A stretch of 64,000 bases of DNA from assembly GCA_964291405.2 (NCBI GenBank), contig OZ219926.1, forward strand, positions 384,001 through 448,000. Direction: 5' to 3'. Below are positions 30,051 through 39,311 of the stretch, one piece after another; within the stretch, counting starts at the first letter, position 1; each line of letters starts with the position of its first letter. A model generated the notes under the pieces. It was given only the letters and a program-made list of their open reading frames with translations. It made no database searches and was not told where the DNA came from. The position numbers and the translations under genes were made by a program. Origin of the DNA: Thermodesulfobacteriota bacterium (GTDB lineage: Bacteria; Desulfobacterota; Binatia; Bin18).

Positions 30051-30121
30051 ACTACCCGCAGCAGGAAGCGCCGGTCTATGTCGCCACGGTCATCAACCGA
30101 TTTTTGCAGAAGCAGTTTTGA
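30041..30121 (+). pseudogene. 3' remnant of an alpha/beta hydrolase
   Basis: Translates TSGHYPQQEAPVYVATVINRFLQKQF*; in-frame stop upstream at 29978 and no start codon. Confidence 0.55.
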
Positions 30122-30199
30122 GGGAGGGGAGCAGATCGTCAGTTTGGAGATTTTATATGTCGCAAGGGTATAACACCGATTCGAGAGTTACGATCTGAT

Positions 30200-31464
30200 C
30201 TACTCACTCTGATCTTCCATGATATTCGGAGCTACAGTCTTTCTAGCTCTCTTTAGCCCACGGCGATCAAATTCAGCTTCGGCGATCCCTGGTCTCCCAG
30301 CCTGAATTTTGTTGCTTCACCTAGAAATGTTGACAAGATATCTTCGGTCGGATGACGTACATCGTCCTTGCTTCTAGCTTCTCTGAACAGGTTGCGGGTC
30401 AGGCGATCAATCAGTTCCTGGGGGATCTCTGTTCCTTTTTCTTCCTTCCACTCTAGAGCCATCTCTACTACCCAACTCGCACGGTCGATATCTACATCAA
30501 GCTGCTTAAGCCGCAACTCTTCATCAATGTGACGTTGCGACCAGCTATCAAGCCAGCGGATGTAAAAAATTGCCATCCCGACAAGGGCAACTAGACTTAT
30601 TGGAAGGCGGGCACGATCATACCAGTCCGCTGTTGAAGACAGACTACCCTCGATCGCCCCAACCGCAGAGAAAATTAGAGCGATAAAAATTGCTATAAAG
30701 ACAGCGTGAATTGGGACGCGTTTTTTTACGGTTGAGTCCGAAAGAGAATAATCTGTGGTCCGCTCAGCTATCAGTTTTTTAAAATCTTCTCTCAATGTCC
30801 TCCGAGCTTGTTGGTTATCTTTTTCGTCAAAGATCTTTTGTTTTTCAATTATCTCCTGTTCACGTTGATGCAACGATTTTTCTTTCTTCTCGTATTTCGC
30901 CTCAAGTTCCTGAAATACTTTCTCTTCTAATTGCTGTTGCAAATTATCCGTCTTCGCATCTAGCTCTCTCCGATATGCCTTTGACTCTATAAGCTTCTGT
31001 GAAACCCCTTCTAGTCTGAGTAGCGCCTCTTCCCGCTTAGCATAGAACTCTGTGAGTTCAGGACCCAGAAGGGTATCTAACTCCGGCGTCCGTACGAAAG
31101 GTCGAAGGTGCTTTTGAGTGACGCCTAATAATCGGGCGACTTGGCCTTGGTCCGAGTTATCATTGAAACTAACCCTGGCCTGATCGAAACCATTGCTTCT
31201 CTCAACGTTTACTAACGCACCAAGAAATTGTCCTATTTCAAGGCTCACTCTCCATATGAGACTTCCATTCCAATCCCTCAGCTGCTTTATGAGAGGGTCG
31301 TTATCTATCTCATCAATTGAGATTTTGCTTCTAGCATTCCCATTGGCAAGATCAATAATTAATCTCCCTGAAGGTGAAATGTCTAACTCGGTATGAATCT
31401 TTAATAACGACTCAATGAGTTCTCGGTCGGGCACCTTGAAAATTTGAAAGTTCGTGTCGGGCAC
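30200..31464 (-). CDS. AT-rich hypothetical protein with coiled coil and two transmembrane helices; probable frameshift near 30290
   Basis: ORF 30253-31464; charged coiled coil, 2 hydrophobic segments, QLDVDIDRASWVVEMALEW; an alternative frame continues GIAEAEFDRRGLKRA... to TAG at 30200. Confidence 0.65.
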
Positions 31465-31674
31465 GATTTACCCCATACAGTTAATCCTAACCCACTATGT
31501 AACGGCTCTGGTTGACATGCAAAAGGGGGAACAAGATGCAGTGAACTCTTGGATGGACGCCCCTGAGCTAAACTCACGAGGACGGATACTTACTGTGGAC
31601 GAAATAAGGTCATTCGTACATCTGTAAAAATGTGAAGGAGCCCAGTATGAAACCTGAGTTTTGTTGCCTCACCT

Positions 31675-31698
31675 AGGTTAGCGAAGCGTAACCTGACA
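31675..31698. repeat. REP-like palindrome
   Basis: AGGTTAGCGAAGCGTAACCTGACA. Confidence 0.45.
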
Positions 31699-31713
31699 TC
31701 TTGCAATAATCCG

Positions 31714-34549
31714 TCACTCGCCCTGCGTCAGATTCAGTTCCAGCAGTTCGCGCAACGCTTCATCGTCAGAAATATCCGTGTCCCAGCCGTAAACCGCCGC
31801 CACAGCGGCATCGAGACTTGCATGTGCGTCGGCCAGCCATTGCGGACGGGTATTATACAGGTTGGTCAGGGTGCGTTTCTTGAGTTCTTTCGCTGCGTCC
31901 TCGCTACGGGGCATCGGGCGCTTGGGATAGCCGGGGACCGGCTCGTCTACCCACTCCACCCATTCGGGCGGGTTGAGCCAGCGGTCGCGCAGTTCGACCA
32001 GCCGTCGAGCAGCCTCAGCAATGGCAACAGCATGCGGGTTATCGACATAATCGGCGGCGGGAATGTCGGGCGACAGTCCTTCGGGGAACGGGAAGGTCTC
32101 GAAAGTGGTAGTTGGCGTGTAGCGTGGACGATCTTCCAGACTCGTGCCGAGCCGCAAAGACCATGCTTCGTGAAATCGGCTGTGCAGGATGCCGAAGGTC
32201 GTATCGTCGTCGCGGGCGATGACGACCAATTGGCAGTCGGGGCAGATACTAGCTTCGCGCCAGACGAACAGCCGGTGCTTGGCGACGCGCGGTGTGGCGA
32301 TGTAACGGGACAGCCGACTGAGTGCCCCCCACATGCCGGAGTTTGTCTCTCCATGCTGCCACCAATACATCCGGCGCCTCTTGCGATTATTCTCGCGCCG
32401 TACGGGGTAAACGTGACTCATCACGTATTGAAACGGTTCTTCGTAGAGTGCGGCCTCCGCTTCCGACGACTGAGCAAAGTCCCGCACAGGCACGGATAAT
32501 CCATTTGCCGGTGGGTCGTCGGGTCACGTCCATGCCGTTGATCCACGGTTTCAGAACGTCGGAGTTGGGGCGTCCATTTGGGTTGGTGGGCAGTTGAAGC
32601 CATTCCCTAGCCAACTCGCCCGGAATTTCGAAAGGACCGTGTTTGAAGATTCCCCTGAACGAGACGTCCTTGTTGCACGCCAACGGGACCGCCTTGGTGA
32701 GATCAAGGTCCCCAGAGGAAAGGGCAGAACTGATTCGAGTAGTTTCTTTACCATCCAAGAAGCGAATTAATTTTGATCCTGCTGGCCCGAAACAAATCAG
32801 AGAAACTCGAACCGCCGCTCCATCAAGAACCCACGGTTCATCGGACCACACATCGAAGATGGCTGTCCGATCTACGATGCGGTCAAGCACAGCCCTGTTG
32901 GCACCGCCTCGAATTGAATTGGTGGCAACAAGGCCGGCGTGGGCGATTTTCCTTTCCGCCACCAGCCTGCCCGCCTTGCTGAACCAGAAGCACACCAAGT
33001 CAGCACCGCCTGGAACCTGGCCTTCATACGCCGCCCGCAACCTCTCCGTATAGAAGTCGCCAAGGACGGCCCGAAAGCGCTGTACGCCCAGAAATGGCGG
33101 GTTGCCAATCACCGCATTAGCCTCTGGCCACTCAGGCTCCCCACCCTCCGGCGTCAGAATCGCATCGCGGCATTCGATGGTATCAAGCGGTTTCAGGATA
33201 GGGTCACGGGATTCGTTGAAGCCGTTGCGCCGCATCCAATTTCGCCAATCCTCGAGACGCGGGCCAGTTCAGCGGCATAAGGGTTGATTTCAATGCCTCT
33301 GACGTTGGCTGGGCCGATGACGGGAAATTCTCGCTCCAAGCCCAGCGCCTCGGCCTCCAACTGTACCCGATGCTCCAGGTCTTTGAGAACATGCAGCGCC
33401 AGATACAGGAAATTGCCTGACCCGCAGGCAGGATCGAGCACCGTAAAGCTCCGTAGCCGCTCAAGAAACTCGCCTAGCAGGCGCTCGGCTTCGGCCCGGC
33501 GGCGCGTGCGTGTGGCCGGAGATTTGGCGGTCTCCGCTTTTTCCAGGACGGCAGCAATTTCAGCCTTGGCCGTCTCCCATTCGGCCAGCCAGGGGCGAAT
33601 AATCACCGGCTCGACGATCAGCATGATCTTATCCCGGTCGGTGTAATGCGCGCCCAATTCGAGCGCTTGTCCGGGTCAAGCCCGCGCTCGAACAGCGTCC
33701 CCAAAATTGAGGGATCAATCTCCGACCAGTCGAGTGCCGCCGCCGCGAGCACGGTATCAATGTCGGTCTTCTCCAACGGCAGAGTCGTGTCGTCGTCGAA
33801 CAGCCCACCGTTGAACCACGCCACTTCCTCGAAACCCATCGCCACCGGTGGACATCGCGCTGAATAGGCGCGATGCATACTCGACAAACTGCTCCGGCTT
33901 GAGCCGACTACGTTCCAGCATCCGCGTGAACATATTGTTCGGCAGCAAGCCTACGTCTTCGGCGAACATGCAGAACACCAGGCCGGTTCACGAAATGGGC
34001 GACCGTATGACTCTCATGGTCTCGCTCCCGTAACGCCTGCGCCAGGGCGGCAAACGTGGTGGCTGCGCGTTCGGTGACGGCCTGCCGAGTTTCACCGGGC
34101 CGGAGCCACTCGGGCTCACATCGCCCACTTGAGCATGTTGCGCGTGGCTGCGTCCGCGAGGTCGTCCAGCGTGAATTCGTGGGCTCGCTGACAGTGTTGG
34201 TCCAGTTGGTGCGGATACGGAACCGCGCCATGTCCGAGACGATCAACAGGGGCGGGTTCTCCAGTGCCAGGGCGTACTGCCGTAACTGATTGAAGGCCGC
34301 GTTCAGGTCTTTGTGTTTACCTTTGTACTCCCAGGCAAAGTGATGGCGTTTCCACACGTCGGCCCAGCCTTTGCCACCGGTGTCTTTGCGTGCGCCACGC
34401 TCAAAACAGTAGTGGTCGCCGGTGGGGTCGGCGTCAGCGGGTGTGGGTTCGCCCAGCAGCCGGCACAGGTCGATGAAATGCTCTTGCGACGCTGAGCGTT
34501 CCTTCAACTCTGAGGCGCGCCACTTGGTGATAAACTGGCTTGGCGTCAT
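31714..34549 (-). pseudogene. MmeI-like type IIL restriction-modification enzyme (N6-adenine MTase), multiply frameshifted
   Basis: Six ORF pieces: ER..SQEHF..L, ADVW...WEYK nuclease region, FNGGLF, GAHYT, LDPACGSGNFL (motif I), GNPPF (motif IV), TFPFP, TLTNLYN. Confidence 0.88.
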
Positions 34550-34570
34550 AGCCTCATCTACAGTGGTGTC

Positions 34571-35320
34571 CTACTTCCGCGCCTCGGCAATATGGTGCCG
34601 TGCGGAGGTCAGCGCTTTTTCATCCACAATGCTCGCTACTGCCTCAAGCAGGGCATCGACCAGGCTGTCATCGCCCCCAACGCGGAGCAGGGCTTTGTAG
34701 TGAAACGCGATCTGGGGCGCTCCCTGGGCAATCAGCGCGCCGAGCACGATGGCCTCGCGTTCGATCAGGAGCAGTCCGGCTCGACCAAAGACCCGGCCAA
34801 AGTCGTCATAGCGCACCCATTCGGCCAGTTCGGGACTGATCTGACTGAGCTGCTGGATGAGCTTTTTGTTCTCCTCGCTGCCACCGGTCAGCTGCTCTTG
34901 AATCTGCATCCCGCGTTCTCCCCAGATGGTTGGGGCATACTCCGGCCAGGGCTCGGTCGGCTGCGGACTCTGCCCCTGGGAACGTTGGCTGATGTAGTCG
35001 GGATACACCTGCTGAAAGCGTCCCAGCGTGCTCAGGGTCCGCGGATAGCCGATGTAGGGCAACAGGTTCAGGACGGCCTCGTACATCTGGAGTTCGCTGA
35101 GCCCGGCGTCCTTGCCCTCGCTGAAAAGCTGCTCGGCGGTGTCGAACCGGCCCGAGGTACCGGCGGCGGATATCTGACACAGCGCGACCAGAGTGATCTG
35201 ATTGTAGGCCGTGTTTTGGGCGTGGACAGTCAGCGGCAGCAGGCCCACGGCACAGACCAGCCCGATGGTCAGCCTCCCGCTCATCCTCCAACCGCCAATC
35301 ATTCTTTTCCGCTTCTGCAT
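34571..35320 (-). CDS. Carboxymuconolactone decarboxylase-like protein with signal peptide
   Basis: LPYIGYPR.L, FGRVFGRAGL...ERE; N-terminal LVCAVGLLPLTVHA. Confidence 0.75.
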   Translation of the reverse strand: MQKRKRMIGGWRMSGRLTIGLVCAVGLLPLTVHAQNTAYNQITLVALCQISAAGTSGRFDTAEQLFSEGKDAGLSELQMYEAVLNLLPYIGYPRTLSTLGRFQQVYPDYISQRSQGQSPQPTEPWPEYAPTIWGERGMQIQEQLTGGSEENKKLIQQLSQISPELAEWVRYDDFGRVFGRAGLLLIEREAIVLGALIAQGAPQIAFHYKALLRVGGDDSLVDALLEAVASIVDEKALTSARHHIAEARK

Positions 35321-35350
35321 ACGTTCTCCTTGTCATGAGCCGAGAATCAG

Positions 35351-36589
35351 CTACCCCTCCGCATTCTCAACAAGGATGCCCTGGTCCTTTAATTCCTGTA
35401 TTTGCTCGGCCGTATAGCCGCACAGGTCGCCCAGCAACTCGTCCGTATGTTGGCCGAGGCGGGACGCCGGTCCGGGGATGCGTGGCGGTGTCTTGGAGAA
35501 TTTGTGGGGGGATTGGAGCAACTTCAGTTCGCCGTAGTCCGGGTTGGGCATGGTTTCGACCATGCGTTTGCTTAAATGCGGGTCTTCCGCGAATTGGCCG
35601 ATGGACAGAATCGGGGCAACCGGCAGGCGGAGTTCATCGGCCATAATCCGAATCGCCTCTTCGTCACTCGGCAGCGATTGCAGCCACTCTTCGATAATGA
35701 CGCGCAGAGCGTCCGCGTTCTGGATGCGCCAGCGGTTAGTCTTGAATTCGGGTGAGGTCAGCAACTCTTCGTGTCCCATGCGTTTGACCAGGGTCACCCA
35801 GTGGTCCTCGGTGATCAGTCCGATAGCGATATACCCATCCTTGGATTTGAACGCGCCATACGGAAACGCTCCGGCCCGCTGCGAGCCACCGCGCTGCGGG
35901 TCGACCGCGCCGTTGGTCACGCTGTAGGCCGCCAGCGCCCAGTCGTGCGAGTTATAGGTGCAGTCCACCAGGGCCAGGTCGATATGCTGGCCCTCACCCG
36001 TACGCTGCCGATGAAACAGGGCCGCCATGATCGCACCAAAGGCGTTGAGCGCAGTCATGTGATCGCCAATGGCCGAGGCTGGATAGGCTGGATAGCCGTC
36101 CGGCTCACCGACCAGATGCAGTAACCCACCGGCCGCCAGAGCGACTAGGTCGTTGCCGATGCGGCGGGAGTACGGCCCGGTCTGTCCATAGGTCGAGACC
36201 GAGCACATGACGAGGCTCGGGTTGACGGCGGACAGACTCTCATAGGTCAGGCCGTAGCGCTCCATGATGCCGGGCGTGAAGTTCTCGAACAGTACGTCGC
36301 AGTGCTGGACCAAATCCTTGATAACGGCCTGACCGGCCGGGGTTTTGATATCCACACACAGGCTCTTCTTGCCCCGGTTGTGCATGATGAAATAGCTCGG
36401 CGTAGCGCCATCCTTGCCGTCCTTGGGCACGATGCGGATATGCCGACTGTGTTCGCCTTTGGGTGGGAGCTCAACCTTGATGACCTCCGCCCCAAGGTCC
36501 ACCATCAGCCGCGTGGCCTGCGGGCCGGCCAGCCATTGGGTCAGGTCAAGAATACGAACCCCCTCAAGAATCTGTTTCTGTTCGGTCAT
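35351..36589 (-). CDS. CaiB/BaiF CoA-transferase
   Basis: LDLTQWLAGP, GAEVIKVE, NRGKKS, ENFTPG. Confidence 0.93.
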   Translation of the reverse strand: MTEQKQILEGVRILDLTQWLAGPQATRLMVDLGAEVIKVELPPKGEHSRHIRIVPKDGKDGATPSYFIMHNRGKKSLCVDIKTPAGQAVIKDLVQHCDVLFENFTPGIMERYGLTYESLSAVNPSLVMCSVSTYGQTGPYSRRIGNDLVALAAGGLLHLVGEPDGYPAYPASAIGDHMTALNAFGAIMAALFHRQRTGEGQHIDLALVDCTYNSHDWALAAYSVTNGAVDPQRGGSQRAGAFPYGAFKSKDGYIAIGLITEDHWVTLVKRMGHEELLTSPEFKTNRWRIQNADALRVIIEEWLQSLPSDEEAIRIMADELRLPVAPILSIGQFAEDPHLSKRMVETMPNPDYGELKLLQSPHKFSKTPPRIPGPASRLGQHTDELLGDLCGYTAEQIQELKDQGILVENAEG

Positions 36590-36600
36590 GTCACACTCCC

Positions 36601-37362
36601 TTAGATAGCCTTGCCGGCCACAAACCCACCGTCAATCGGAATCGTTGCACCAGTCATGAAGTCGGCGTCCTCAGACGCCAGGAACAACATCAGCTTGGCG
36701 ATTTCTTCCGGCTGAGCCCAGCGTCCGGCCGGATGCGCTTTTTTGAGCGAGGCTACGATATCCGGCTTATCAAAATAGCCCGCGGTCATGGCGGTCTCGA
36801 CCACCCCTGGGGCAATGGCATTGACCTGGATATGCTTATCGGCCAGTTCCATCCCCATTTCCTTGGTCAGGCCGACCACCCCATGCTTGGAGGCCACATA
36901 GGCCGCCCGGTTCGGCACGCCCATAAGACCGGCGACCGACGACAGGTTAATGATCTTTCCGCTTTTATTCTGCGCAATCAGGTGCTGGGCAACGGCTTGA
37001 CTGCACAGAAACGTCCCGGTCAGATTCGTGCCAATGACCTTCGTCCATTCTTCGGCGGGCAATTCCAGGAACGGTACGATCTCGCGTACCCCCGCGCTGT
37101 TGATCAGCACATCGAGTGAGCCGAGTCCGACCGCGGCCTGCTCGACTAGAGCCCGCACCGAATCCGGTTGCGTGACATCGACCTGGAGGGCCACGGCCAT
37201 CCGCCCTAATTCTTCAACCGCGCCGGCGGTTGCCTGGGCCGACTCAAGCCGGAGATCTGCTGCGGCAATCGCAGCGCCTTCTTCGGCAAAGGCCAGGCTT
37301 GCCGCCCGCCCGATTCCGCTCCCCGCGCCGGTGATCAGGACCCCCGTGTTTTCAAACCGCAT
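36601..37362 (-). CDS. SDR family oxidoreductase
   Basis: TGAGSGIG, NSAG, YVASK. Confidence 0.92.
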   Translation of the reverse strand: MRFENTGVLITGAGSGIGRAASLAFAEEGAAIAAADLRLESAQATAGAVEELGRMAVALQVDVTQPDSVRALVEQAAVGLGSLDVLINSAGVREIVPFLELPAEEWTKVIGTNLTGTFLCSQAVAQHLIAQNKSGKIINLSSVAGLMGVPNRAAYVASKHGVVGLTKEMGMELADKHIQVNAIAPGVVETAMTAGYFDKPDIVASLKKAHPAGRWAQPEEIAKLMLFLASEDADFMTGATIPIDGGFVAGKAI

Positions 37363-37438
37363 GAATGCCTCCTGTTGGCCTTCCTATATCCTAAATACGC
37401 TTGCTTTTTTAGCCTGTCGGGTGCTGCTGGCGTAGAAT

Positions 37439-37457
37439 TGTATGACAGCGTCATACA
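37439..37457. promoter_or_regulatory. Probable autoregulatory operator of the TA operon
   Basis: Perfect inverted repeat TGTATGAC-AGC-GTCATACA directly after a TAGAAT -10-like hexamer. Confidence 0.7.
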
Positions 37458-37497
37458 CGCTATGCTCGTAAGTATCTACTCTATGAGGAGATGTCAT

Positions 37498-37758
37498 ATG
37501 CGAGTCAATGCAAGATTGGATGACGAGCGGGCGGAGAAGCTGCGACAACTTCAAGCGCTAACACGACTCAGCACCAGCGAGATCGTCAAGCGTGCCATCG
37601 ACCTCTTGCATCGCCAACAAGCCGGGCGATCCCGCGACAAGATCGACGCCTTGTTGAGCAGCGACTTCGTGGGCTGCGCTACAGGTCCCGCAGACTTGGC
37701 GAGCCAATACAAACGTTACCTCAGACGTGACCTGGGGGAAAAACATGGTATTGGCTGA
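37498..37758 (+). CDS. CopG/RHH antitoxin (VapB-like)
   Basis: MRVNARLDD...STSEIVKRAIDLL; GAGGAG RBS; overlaps the toxin start. Confidence 0.85.
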   Translation: MRVNARLDDERAEKLRQLQALTRLSTSEIVKRAIDLLHRQQAGRSRDKIDALLSSDFVGCATGPADLASQYKRYLRRDLGEKHGIG

Positions 37759-38167
37759 CACCGGCTATTGGCTGGCGTTGGCGAATAGCCGGGACCGCTG
37801 GCACGAAGCCGCGCTTGAGGCCAGTCGAGGCATTGACGAAACTCTCGTCGTCACATGGCCGGTAGTGACGGAAACTTGCCACCTCATGCTCTCACAATTG
37901 GGAGTACATGCGGAATTACGCTTCGTCGAGCAAGTGTGGAAAAATGTAGACATTCACGAGATCGGGCAGGGACATCTCGGCGCTATCCACGCATTGATGG
38001 AGCGCTACGCGAATCTGCCTATGGACCTAGCGGACGCCTCACTTGTGGTGGCGGCAACCGAACTCGGAGAAGGCCGGATTCTTTCTACGGATCAGCGCGA
38101 TTTCGAGACGTATCGATGGAAGGATACGCAACCGTTTCACAACCTGCTGCGTCCCTTCGCGGCATAA
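37745..38167 (+). CDS. vapC: PIN domain VapC toxin
   Basis: MVLADTG, VVTE, MDLADA, STDQRDF acidic PIN residues. Confidence 0.88.
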   Translation: MVLADTGYWLALANSRDRWHEAALEASRGIDETLVVTWPVVTETCHLMLSQLGVHAELRFVEQVWKNVDIHEIGQGHLGAIHALMERYANLPMDLADASLVVAATELGEGRILSTDQRDFETYRWKDTQPFHNLLRPFAA

Positions 38168-38208
38168 GTTCACCCCTGCCAACCGACCTACTCGACGCGC
38201 ATCACCAC

Positions 38209-38234
38209 CAGGGGCGGGACATGCCCTCCCCTAC
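38209..38234. repeat. GTAG-type REP-like palindrome overlapping a stop codon
   Basis: Minus strand GTAGGGGAGGGCATGTCCCGCCCCTG. Confidence 0.55.
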
Positions 38235-39247
38235 CCCCGGAAGCTCGGCATGATCTCCTTGGCGAACAGCTCCAGCGAGCGGGTCGATTTCTTGGGGTCC
38301 ATGCCGGCCAGTTGCGTGCTCATAATGAAATGCGTGCATTGGAACTCGTCTTTGAAGCGTTCCATTTTTCGGGCGACCTGGTCCGGCGTACCGATCATCA
38401 CCGCTTCTCCAAAGGCCGAGTGGCGGAGTTCCTCCGGCTTGGTGTAGGTCCACACGTCCTTATCTCCAGGCGCATCGTTCGCCTCGGCCAGAATATGGCC
38501 GTAGAATTCCATCATACTGAACAAATGCTCCTGACAGTCCTCCCAGGCCTGGTCTTCGGTTTCAGCCAGATACACCAGGCGTAACTGCGCGATATTGAAA
38601 TCGTCCGGGTTGCGCCCACACTTTTTGAGTTCGTCGATATACCACGCCGCTGGATCAGGCCCGATGGTTGCCATGAGATGACAGCCCAGCCGGGCCGCGC
38701 TGCGGGTGGCCTTCTCGGCCCGCGCGCCGATCCACAGCGGCATGGGCTGCTGCACCGGCTTGGGGCTCAGGGTCAGGTCTTTCACCTGAGTGAAACGCCC
38801 GTCAAACGTGACCGCGTCCTCGGTCCAGACTTTTTGAATCAACTCAACGCCCTCGCGTAAACGCGCCGAACGTTCCTTGCGCGGCATACACAGGGCGTCA
38901 AACTCCATATACGAATAGCCCTGCCCGACGCCCAGGTCGAACCGACCATTTGACCAGATATCGACACAGGTTGCGTCTTCCGCCACCCGAATCGGATGCT
39001 GAAACGGCAGCAGCAAAATAAACGTCCCAATCCGAATGGTGCTCGTACGGGTGGCAATCGCCGCCGCGGTCGGCAGCAGCGACGGATTATAGCCATCCTC
39101 AGTAAAGTGGTGCTCGGTCAGCCAGACGTGATCGTAGCCGAGTTCCTCGGCCCGAACGGTTTGGTCTAAGATCGCGTTATACAGCTCGGGAAACGGCCGC
39201 GCCCAAGGCTCAGGGTTCCGAAAATCTTCCATAAAACCAAATTGCAT
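38231..39247 (-). CDS. LLM class flavin-dependent oxidoreductase
   Basis: WLTEHHF.EDGY, HPIRVAED, GRFDLGVG. Confidence 0.9.
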   Translation of the reverse strand: MQFGFMEDFRNPEPWARPFPELYNAILDQTVRAEELGYDHVWLTEHHFTEDGYNPSLLPTAAAIATRTSTIRIGTFILLLPFQHPIRVAEDATCVDIWSNGRFDLGVGQGYSYMEFDALCMPRKERSARLREGVELIQKVWTEDAVTFDGRFTQVKDLTLSPKPVQQPMPLWIGARAEKATRSAARLGCHLMATIGPDPAAWYIDELKKCGRNPDDFNIAQLRLVYLAETEDQAWEDCQEHLFSMMEFYGHILAEANDAPGDKDVWTYTKPEELRHSAFGEAVMIGTPDQVARKMERFKDEFQCTHFIMSTQLAGMDPKKSTRSLELFAKEIMPSFRG

Positions 39248-39311
39248 ATACTCGTCCTCCTCTTCATTACGAATTGCTCAGAACGCTGCCCGCTGCCCCA
39301 GCCTCCAACCC

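Noticed and set aside
31465-31713. Possible ncRNA or small ORF between the RM gene and the membrane-protein gene
   Set aside because: Only a short REP-like hairpin is evident; no recognisable RNA family or convincing ORF
30000-34560. Prophage or integrative element
   Set aside because: No integrase, transposase, tRNA target or flanking direct repeats were seen
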